From assembly GCA_025350525.1 (NCBI GenBank), contig JANXXR010000006.1:1-35865 (forward strand): 35,865 nt of DNA, written 5' to 3'. The position numbers were made by a program, and so were the translations under genes. The notes under the pieces are model-generated. The model was not told the DNA's origin. It saw nothing but the letters and a program-made list of their open reading frames with translations, and ran no database searches. This document shows positions 11,877 to 18,957 of the stretch, in pieces; position 1 is the first letter of the stretch; each line of letters begins with the position of its first letter. This DNA comes from Deltaproteobacteria bacterium (GTDB lineage: Bacteria > Myxococcota > Myxococcia > Myxococcales > 40CM-4-68-19).

Positions 11877-13439
11877 CTACCGGTCGTGGTCGTTGTCGTG
11901 TTCCCTGCAGACGAAGTTGGCCGCGTCGTTCGTGCTGCCGCGCCCCTTGTACTCGGCGAACTTCGGGAACGGGCACAGCGGGCGAGTGACCGCGACGCCG
12001 TTGGCAGGGTTGTCGCCGGTGAACTTGGTCGCCACGATGCTGTCCGGTGCGCGGCCCTGCTCGACCCATTGCACGAGCGGGGAAACCGTATCGAAAACGT
12101 TGGGGCCGGGCCCGCCGCCGCAGTGCAAAACGCCAGGAGCGAGGAAGAGGCGGTAGAACTCTTGCGTCTCCTCGCCGCCCTCGCGGGCGGAGACGGCATC
12201 GAAGTAATTGATGCTGCTCAGCGGAGAGATGGCCGGATCGTCCCAGCCGTGCCACTGGAGCAGCTTGCCTCCGTGCGCACGGAAGCGGCGCAGATCCGGA
12301 TCGGTGGAGTTGATGGTGCCGGCGGTGGTGTAATCAGCAAAGGAGACGTCGGTGTCGAAGTTGAACTTCGTGTAATCGAAGGAGGGATCCTCGAAGATGA
12401 TGAAGGTGAAGAACTGGTTTCCGAAGAACGCCTGGATGGTGGGCGAGCCCGCAATCGGGAAGGGTCCGGTGATCCAAGCCGACCAGCCGCCGGGCGCAGC
12501 CTCCGCGCCGGGGGCATAGCCCGGGAAGATCTGTCGGCCGGTGCGCGGGTTCCGCGGCCCGTCGTAGATGGCCTTCACCGCGGCCACCTGCGCGGCGGTG
12601 AGACAGGAGGGGCTGTCTGCGCCTTTGCACTGGATGCTCGCCGGATCGAAGTGGCACTGGCGCGGATCGTTGAGGACGCCGTCGAGGACTCCGTCCAGCT
12701 TGTCGCACTGGGCGAGGGCCGCAGCCTGGATGGCGGGGAGCTTGTTGGCGGGGATGCTGCCGGCCGGATCCGCGAACAGCGCCTTTTCGTTCCAGATGAA
12801 GCCGGTAAAGAGGTGCGTCCAGTCGTTGGCGGGAGCGCCGGCGGAGATGCCGTCGAAATCCTCGGGGAAGCGCTGCGCCTCCATCAAGGCCTCGCGGCCC
12901 CCGTCGGAGCAGCCCACGAAGTACGATCGCGACGGTCCCGTTCCATAGAACGCGGCGATAATCGCTTTTGCCTTGTCGGTGGTCTCCTTCAGCGCGCGGA
13001 ACCCGAAATCGATGACCTGCTGGTGGTGTCCCGGTGCGAAGGTGGCCGTGCCGCCGACGTGCCCGTCGTCGGTGCCCGCTGCCGCATAGCCGAGTTGCAG
13101 GGCGCCGGCGAGCGAGCCATAGGGAACCGCGCCGGCGAATCCGCCGTTGCCCGACTGCTGATATCTGCCGTTCCAGGTGGAGGCGGGCATCCAGACTTCG
13201 CTGATGATGTGCGAGTCGGGGCTGGGCGCGGAGTTGACTGCCACGCGGCAGAAGGCGGGGAGATTTGCGAAGGTCTGACCATTGGGCGCTTTGTAAGAAC
13301 CCGCCGGAACCGATTGTGCCGCGGTGATGGTGGCGTGGGGCAGCGAGAGTCCGGTCAGGCTGCTGCAGGGCGCTGCGTGGACGGGAGCGGCGGCGAACGC
13401 GGCGCACGCGAATGCGAGCGCGGTAAGGATGCGAGTCAT
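11877..13439 (-). CDS. Secreted tannase/feruloyl esterase family alpha/beta hydrolase, 520 aa
   Basis: Sec signal (..PVHA/AP), FCRV, GNGGFAG, nucleophile GCSDGG, HGWDD, LHCGGG (CS-D-HC motif), TRPLCPFP; AGGAGG RBS upstream. Confidence 0.95.
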   Translation of the reverse strand: MTRILTALAFACAAFAAAPVHAAPCSSLTGLSLPHATITAAQSVPAGSYKAPNGQTFANLPAFCRVAVNSAPSPDSHIISEVWMPASTWNGRYQQSGNGGFAGAVPYGSLAGALQLGYAAAGTDDGHVGGTATFAPGHHQQVIDFGFRALKETTDKAKAIIAAFYGTGPSRSYFVGCSDGGREALMEAQRFPEDFDGISAGAPANDWTHLFTGFIWNEKALFADPAGSIPANKLPAIQAAALAQCDKLDGVLDGVLNDPRQCHFDPASIQCKGADSPSCLTAAQVAAVKAIYDGPRNPRTGRQIFPGYAPGAEAAPGGWSAWITGPFPIAGSPTIQAFFGNQFFTFIIFEDPSFDYTKFNFDTDVSFADYTTAGTINSTDPDLRRFRAHGGKLLQWHGWDDPAISPLSSINYFDAVSAREGGEETQEFYRLFLAPGVLHCGGGPGPNVFDTVSPLVQWVEQGRAPDSIVATKFTGDNPANGVAVTRPLCPFPKFAEYKGRGSTNDAANFVCREHDNDHDR

Positions 13440-13548
13440 GGGTTCCTCCTGCGGGGCGAAGCTGGCGCGCAGTCAGCGCTGCGGAGTTCGCAAAATCAAG
13501 ACGCGACGGGTCACGCAGGGCCGGTCCGCGCCGCGTCCAACCGCACCA

Positions 13549-13690
13549 GTCGACGCGCGGCCGATCATCGTCGCCGTCGTGGGCCCAAATGGGGCCGGCA
13601 AGTCGACATTCTTTCATGCGCATCTCGCCTCGTCGGGTCTCGCTTCCTGAATGCGCATGACCTCGCCCCGGAGCTTGAGGTCGATGCGGG
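13549..13690 (+). pseudogene. Remnant of a zeta-toxin-like / predicted ABC-type P-loop ATPase
   Basis: VDARPIIVAVVGPNGAGKSTFFHAHLASSGL, then after a 1-nt shift at ~13640 RFLNAHDLAPELEVDA, which matches the family pattern GPNGAGK(S/T)T...F(L/V/I)NAD. No start codon and no recognisable C-terminal part. Confidence 0.7.
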
Positions 13691-13887
13691 CAACGGCAGC
13701 ACCAGGCGAGCGCGCGCGCCGGCGCGGTCGGTGCGGTTCTCCAGCGAGAGCGTGCCTTCGTGCGCTCGGCGATCTGCCGCCGCGAGCTCGGGCGCAACCT
13801 GACGGGCGGCCGAGCGCTTCCTTCGATCAGTTGCCCCACACATGCCGAATGGCGAACTTCTCGTGGGGTCGGTCGTGGGGGGGAATC

Positions 13888-15777
13888 ATGCGCGCGCTCG
13901 TCTGGGTGGCGGTCGTCTGCCTTTTGGCATGTGGTGGGACCTCTCCCGGCGCGGGGAGCGTGGCGCCTGCGGAGGACGGCGGGGGCAGTTCGTCCCAAGG
14001 CACTCCCGACGGCGGCGCAGGGCCGGCCACTTCGCCTGCCGATGCCGGACCGCCCGATGCCAGCACGCCCGACGCCGGGGCGAACACCCCCGACGCCGGG
14101 GCGAGCGACCCCGGCAAGCCCGACGCCGGTCCGCCCGACGCGGGCCCGGCTCAAGCGACCTTCATGCTGCGCATCCGGATCGAAGGACGCGGCGCGGTCG
14201 CTTCGTCATCGCGGAGCCTCGCGTGCGCGCAGAGCTGCCAAGGGGTGTTCGTCGCCGGCACCTCCGTGTTGCTGACCGCCACTCCCGACGCGGGTCAGAA
14301 GTTCGCCGGCTGGAGCGGCGCCTGCGCAGGCTTCGGCAACTGCACGGTGGCGGCGGAGGCCACCGTCATCGCCAACTTCGTCGTCGACGTGCCGCCGGTG
14401 CCTAAGCACACCTTGAAGATCTCAGTCGGCGGCTCGGGCAGCGTCGCCTCCCGGCCGGCCGGTATCCTCTGCGGCGCGACCTGCGAGGCCTCCTTCGACG
14501 AGGGCACCATCGTCGCGCTGACCGAGGTTCCCGGCTCGGGCGCCCAGTTCAACACCTGGACCGGCGCCTGCGCGGGCCCGGGGGGCTGCTCGGTGACGAT
14601 GACCGCGGACCTCCAGGTGAACGCCTGGTTCGAGCCGGCGCCCAACGCGGCCTCCTGCCTGGGCATCCGCGCCGCCGATCCCGTGCAGGAAAACGGCACA
14701 GGCTGGTACACCGCTGCCTCCTGGAGCTGCCTGCCGCCCGTCGGCGACGGGCTCGGCAAGCTCGCCTTCGGGGTGAGCGATCCGCAACAGCAGTCCGCCA
14801 ACATGGTCGTCTTCAACGCGGACTTCCACGGCAGCAGCGACGTCGTGGCCGGCCTCTACCTCAGCGGCGTGACGCGCGTGCAGCAGCAGTCCACCGGCTT
14901 CTTCGCCTGGAAACAGGGGACGCCGCAGGATGCGGGGGCGATCGCCGTCACGTACTGGAAGCCGGGGGAGAGCTCGTACACCATGTACGGCAACCTGAAC
15001 GGCCTCTTCCGCCCGGGCGTCTTCGCGTCGGAGGAATCGCCGCACGGCCTGCTCCTGGTCAGCGATCTCGACACCCGCACGCCCTCCGCGGTTCGCGCGG
15101 CCGTCCTGCTCAAGGCCAACCAGACTGGGTCCCCGGAGATCGCCTGGGGGCCCATCCAACTCGACGCCCGGGGGCCGGCCTTCGGCGCCGGCGTGGACGC
15201 TATGGATCGCACCATCGTCATCACCGACGGCTCGGCGAAGTTTGGCGCTGGCGCCATCTCGGCCGAGTGGCTGGGACCTGATGGCGCGCCCCTGACCGGC
15301 GAGTTCCTGCTCCAGGCTTCTGTCGTCCCGGGCGCCAACACCTGGTTCGAGACCTCGGCGCTCATCGGCGGAGGAGTGCTGGTGCGCCGGATGGACCTCG
15401 ACGCGCGCGGCACGCATTCGCAAGCCCTCGTCACCGTCGCGAGCGGCTCGCCCGTCGTCGCCCCGCCGCCGGGCTGGATGGTGGCCCGACGCGACAGCCG
15501 CCTCAAGATCGCCCGCGGCGGGAGGGCGTACGCGGTGCTGCCCTTCGGCGCCAAGGGCGTCGCCTGCTCGCAGCGGGTGGAGCTGATCGCTCCGGACGGC
15601 ACCTTCTGCAGCGCGAGCACGTACACGATCCGAGCGGGAGCCTGCGACACCGCCGACCTGGCCCTGGGCGAGGACGGAACGGTCGTGCAGACCTCGCCGC
15701 CGGTGTTCAGCACTGACGATCAAGGTAAGGCGAATATGAGCTGCACCTGGCAGTGGTGGGTCGGTACGCTCCGATAG
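13888..15777 (+). CDS. Lipoprotein with PDAG low-complexity linker, two divergent InlB-B/bacterial repeat domains and an unknown C-terminal domain, 629 aa
   Basis: ATG 13888 after a G-rich RBS; lipobox LLAC; several PDAG motifs; two G.G.V.S...C...C...F..GT.V.LT..P..G..F..W.GAC.G.G.C.V repeats. Confidence 0.85.
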   Translation: MRALVWVAVVCLLACGGTSPGAGSVAPAEDGGGSSSQGTPDGGAGPATSPADAGPPDASTPDAGANTPDAGASDPGKPDAGPPDAGPAQATFMLRIRIEGRGAVASSSRSLACAQSCQGVFVAGTSVLLTATPDAGQKFAGWSGACAGFGNCTVAAEATVIANFVVDVPPVPKHTLKISVGGSGSVASRPAGILCGATCEASFDEGTIVALTEVPGSGAQFNTWTGACAGPGGCSVTMTADLQVNAWFEPAPNAASCLGIRAADPVQENGTGWYTAASWSCLPPVGDGLGKLAFGVSDPQQQSANMVVFNADFHGSSDVVAGLYLSGVTRVQQQSTGFFAWKQGTPQDAGAIAVTYWKPGESSYTMYGNLNGLFRPGVFASEESPHGLLLVSDLDTRTPSAVRAAVLLKANQTGSPEIAWGPIQLDARGPAFGAGVDAMDRTIVITDGSAKFGAGAISAEWLGPDGAPLTGEFLLQASVVPGANTWFETSALIGGGVLVRRMDLDARGTHSQALVTVASGSPVVAPPPGWMVARRDSRLKIARGGRAYAVLPFGAKGVACSQRVELIAPDGTFCSASTYTIRAGACDTADLALGEDGTVVQTSPPVFSTDDQGKANMSCTWQWWVGTLR

Positions 15778-15795
15778 TCGCAGAGGAGATCGCCT

Positions 15796-16536
15796 TCAGG
15801 CCTCGTCGAGCTTGAAGAAATGCGCCTGGCGGTCCCGGTGGGCCAGGAGCGCGGGCGTGATCGCCGCTGCCACCGCCCCATCGAGCCACCCGAAGGCGCC
15901 GCGCGCTCTGGCTGGCAAAGCGCGGATCGAGTCGGGCAGCGGCAAGAGCGCATTGATGCACGCCGCGCAGTACACATCGAGCGCCGAGAACCGATCGAAG
16001 AAGAACCGCCTGCCCCCGAGCCGCCCATCGAGCGCGCGCAAAAGGGAGACGCAGCGCTCGCGCGCCCAATCCAGCTCATCAGGCTGGTGCCCATAGCGCC
16101 CTAAGAGAAATTGCCCCGCGCGCGGCGCCAGCCCTTCGCGTCCGTCGGTCGCGAGCCCGCGAGAGACGAGCATTGCCCGCCGCGCCCAGGCCAACCCGCG
16201 CTCCCCGAGCAGCTCGTGGCCGAGGCCGAAGAGCTCGACCCGGTGCTCCGGAGGAATGTGCCCCGGTGCGAGCCGCTCGAGCAGCGAGAGGATCTCCGCC
16301 CAGCCGCTGCGGGGAAGCTCCCCTGAAAAGAGCGCGGCCGGCGCGTTGGCGACTCCCGACCAGCGCGTGGTCTCGGCGTCGCCGGCCGCGAGCCGCACCG
16401 CGACCGCGTCGAGCTGCTTGGCCGCGACCAAGGCAAGGACCGAGTCGGACCACGGGCTGGGGGCGCTGGTGAGCAAGACCAGCCGCAGACCGCTCGCCGC
16501 CTTCGCCGTCTCCAGTTCGACGAATGTGATTCCCAT
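15796..16536 (-). CDS. Glutathione S-transferase-like protein, 246 aa
   Basis: ATG 16536 (MGITFVEL..); SPWS and NAP motifs in a thioredoxin-like N-domain; C-terminal FFFDRFSALDVY GST-C motif. The ORF-track extension to 16968 overlaps the divergent gene. Confidence 0.75.
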   Translation of the reverse strand: MGITFVELETAKAASGLRLVLLTSAPSPWSDSVLALVAAKQLDAVAVRLAAGDAETTRWSGVANAPAALFSGELPRSGWAEILSLLERLAPGHIPPEHRVELFGLGHELLGERGLAWARRAMLVSRGLATDGREGLAPRAGQFLLGRYGHQPDELDWARERCVSLLRALDGRLGGRRFFFDRFSALDVYCAACINALLPLPDSIRALPARARGAFGWLDGAVAAAITPALLAHRDRQAHFFKLDEA

Positions 16537-16641
16537 GCCGCGCACAATGCCACGGCGCGCGGCCCCTGAAACTCTCTCCGCCTCTTCCGTGCTAGATCTG
16601 GCCGCGGGAGAGAACATGGCCGCGGATTCGGGTCGCCGGGC

Positions 16642-17169
16642 GTGAGGGCGAGACGGAACGACCTCAGCGCGCTCGACCTCCAGATCGATCCCGAATGGGA
16701 AGCTGTGAAGGCGGTCTGGGACCCGTGCCGGGTCTTCCTCGAGCGGGGAGGGCTCGCGGATGACGAGACCTACCAGCTCGCCATGGTGGCGCGCGAGCTG
16801 CTCGAGAACGCCGTGAAGTTCGGAGCCTTCGCGGAAGGGGATCGCGTTCAACTCGCCATCCGCGTCGCCGCCGAAGACGTCGTGGTCGAAGTGAAGAGCC
16901 GCGTCGGCGTGGACGAGGCGCACCTGCGTCGCTTCGATCAGACCATCCAGTGGATCCGCGGGTTCCAATATCCCTTCGAGGCCTTCGTCGAACGGATGAA
17001 GCTCGTCTCCGCGCAGCCTTCCTCGGAGGGCGAGACCGGCCTCGGACTGACCCGCATCGCCTACGAAGGGAGAAGCATCATCGATTTCTACCTGGACGAA
17101 GACGACCTCCTTGCGGTCTCGGCGATCTACCGGCGGGACATCCCGGGGGGCGTTTGGAGAACTCCATAA
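16642..17169 (+). CDS. Stand-alone GHKL ATP-binding protein (RsbW/SpoIIAB/SiaB-like Ser/Thr kinase), 175 aa
   Basis: N-box RELLENAVKFG and G2-box GLGLTRI; no His-kinase dimerisation domain. Confidence 0.85.
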   Translation: MRARRNDLSALDLQIDPEWEAVKAVWDPCRVFLERGGLADDETYQLAMVARELLENAVKFGAFAEGDRVQLAIRVAAEDVVVEVKSRVGVDEAHLRRFDQTIQWIRGFQYPFEAFVERMKLVSAQPSSEGETGLGLTRIAYEGRSIIDFYLDEDDLLAVSAIYRRDIPGGVWRTP

Positions 17170-17528
17170 AGAAATGGGTCCAGACGGGTCTCGAGATCTC
17201 CCTCGCGCAGGAGCCAGGCGGACTTCGCCTGAGCTGGGTGGGCAAGAGCACGGCGCGCGAACCCCGGGTCTTCCTGGTGCCGATCCTGCTGGAGGCGTTC
17301 CAGAGCGCCCTGGCCGCCGCGCTTCCGTTGGTGCTCGACTTCACCGCGCTGGACTACATGAACTCGGCCACCCTGACCTCGGTGGTGAAAGCGTTCGAAG
17401 AGTCGCGCCGGCTCTCGGTTCCGATCGTCCTCGAGTACAGCCTTTCGCGAAGGTGGCAGGCGCTTTCGTTTGAAGCTTTCCGGACCTTCGAGACGCCCGA
17501 CGGCCGGATCAAGGTCACCGGCAAGTGA
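17154..17528 (+). CDS. STAS / SiaC(DUF1987)-like phosphoacceptor protein, 124 aa
   Basis: TTG at 17154 after a G-run, overlapping the upstream gene end. LVLDFTALDYMNSAT resembles the anti-sigma-antagonist phospho-site loop. The TGA overlaps the next GTG. Confidence 0.75.
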   Translation: MENSIKKWVQTGLEISLAQEPGGLRLSWVGKSTAREPRVFLVPILLEAFQSALAAALPLVLDFTALDYMNSATLTSVVKAFEESRRLSVPIVLEYSLSRRWQALSFEAFRTFETPDGRIKVTGK

Positions 17529-18928
17529 TCGGCGCGCCCGTCGCGGAGCCGCGGCGCAGGGGACGCTCCGTGCTCAGCGGGCGGCCGCTGACGTTCAGCG
17601 CCGGGGCGGCGAGCCGGCTCAGCCTCGAGGTGTCCTTCGAGGAAGGTGCCGTCCTCCCCGACGGCGCCGAACTGCAGTGGGTGGAGATCGAGCTGGCGCA
17701 GCTGGTCCGGCTCGGCCGGTGCCGCTTCGCCGCACAGGACGGCAAAAAAGAGGGCGCTGCCGGACGCTTGCTCTTCCTCGACGAGGTGTACGACTGCCGG
17801 ATCCTGATCCGCGACGGCAGGTTGATGGACCTCCGCGGCTTCTTCCAGAACCTGCCCCTGGTCCTCTTGCAGCGCGAGCGCATCCGGCCCGAGTTCAAGG
17901 AGCACTGCGCGCGGGTCGTCTACGACCTCGCGGTCTACAAGCGCTTCTTCGACGAGCAGGACCGGATCATCGACGAGGAGCCGGCCGACGTCGCCGGCGC
18001 CGCGCGCGAGGCGCTGCTCAAGGCCGACGGCCGGCGCTTCCTCGGCTTCCTCGACGAGAAGGTCCGGGAGCTCGACGCGCTCGTCCACGACTACACCTAC
18101 GAAGAGCACGAGCGGCACGGCTTCTATCTGCGCCGCTTGCTCTGGCCCTATCTCATGTCGGGCAAGATCCTGCGCCGCTCAAACTTGAAACCGCAGGGCT
18201 ATGCCGGCGATGCCGAGATGATGATCATGGTCTACGAGAACAGCTACGCAGGCCGGACCGTCTTCGACCAGCTGATGCACAAGCACGCGGTCGAGACGGC
18301 CGCGGCCGAAGCGGTCCGCTCCCGGCGGCGGCTGGTCCCCCGCGTGCTGCGGGAAGTGGAGGAACGGGTTGGGGATCCAGGGCCAGACGGATTCCACTTC
18401 CTCTCGCTGGCCGCTGGACCCGCGAGCGAGCTCGAGGAAGTCTTCCGCGGTCCGGGCGACGTAGAGCGGTTCAACCTGACGCTCCTGGATCAGGACCCCG
18501 TCGCGCTCGACCTGGCCCGGGCGACCGTGCGGCGGATCGAGGTGGCGCGGGGGGCTGCCCTGTCCGTGCGCTACCTGCAGCAGTCGGTTCGAACCGTGAT
18601 TCGCAGCCGCGACCTGGGGAGCGTGGTGGGACGGCATCACTTCGTCTACTCGATGGGGCTCTTCGACTACCTCTCCGCGCCCGTGGCGCGCGCGGTCCTG
18701 GCAAAGATCTGGGAGGTGGTGCGCCCCGGCGGCACGCTCCTCGCCGGCAATTTCCACTCCAGCACCGCCTCTCGCTACCACATGGCGTACTGGGCCGACT
18801 GGTCGCTTTGGTACCGCACCGAGGAGAGCTTCTTGGCCCTCGCTGAAGGTCTCGAGTACTCCTCGGCGCGCATCGATTTTGATGAGACCGGCTGCCAGAT
18901 GTTCCTTCGCCTGGAGAAACCCGCCTGA
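17525..18928 (+). CDS. Class I SAM-dependent methyltransferase, PhcB-like (3-hydroxy fatty acid methyl ester synthase family), 467 aa
   Basis: KPQGYAGD.EMM motif; SAM motif I LSLAAGPASE; LLDQD; YSMGLFDYL; VRPGGTLLAGNF; DW.L.YR. Length and motifs resemble Ralstonia PhcB-type proteins (recalled, not searched). Confidence 0.85.
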   Translation: MIGAPVAEPRRRGRSVLSGRPLTFSAGAASRLSLEVSFEEGAVLPDGAELQWVEIELAQLVRLGRCRFAAQDGKKEGAAGRLLFLDEVYDCRILIRDGRLMDLRGFFQNLPLVLLQRERIRPEFKEHCARVVYDLAVYKRFFDEQDRIIDEEPADVAGAAREALLKADGRRFLGFLDEKVRELDALVHDYTYEEHERHGFYLRRLLWPYLMSGKILRRSNLKPQGYAGDAEMMIMVYENSYAGRTVFDQLMHKHAVETAAAEAVRSRRRLVPRVLREVEERVGDPGPDGFHFLSLAAGPASELEEVFRGPGDVERFNLTLLDQDPVALDLARATVRRIEVARGAALSVRYLQQSVRTVIRSRDLGSVVGRHHFVYSMGLFDYLSAPVARAVLAKIWEVVRPGGTLLAGNFHSSTASRYHMAYWADWSLWYRTEESFLALAEGLEYSSARIDFDETGCQMFLRLEKPA

Positions 18929-18957
18929 GGGTCAGCGGATCCTGAAGGTCAGCGGAT
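18924..18957. repeat. 17-bp tandem duplication at a convergent gene junction
   Basis: cctgagggtcagcggat / cctgaaggtcagcggat (16/17 identical); spans the stop codons of both converging genes. Confidence 0.8.

Noticed and set aside
13651-13887. N-terminal extension of the 708-aa ORF
   Set aside because: A signal peptide, lipobox and RBS point to ATG 13888. The extension overlaps the ATPase relic.
16537-16968. N-terminal extension of the GST-like ORF
   Set aside because: It overlaps the divergent kinase gene on the opposite strand, and the domain begins at ATG 16536.
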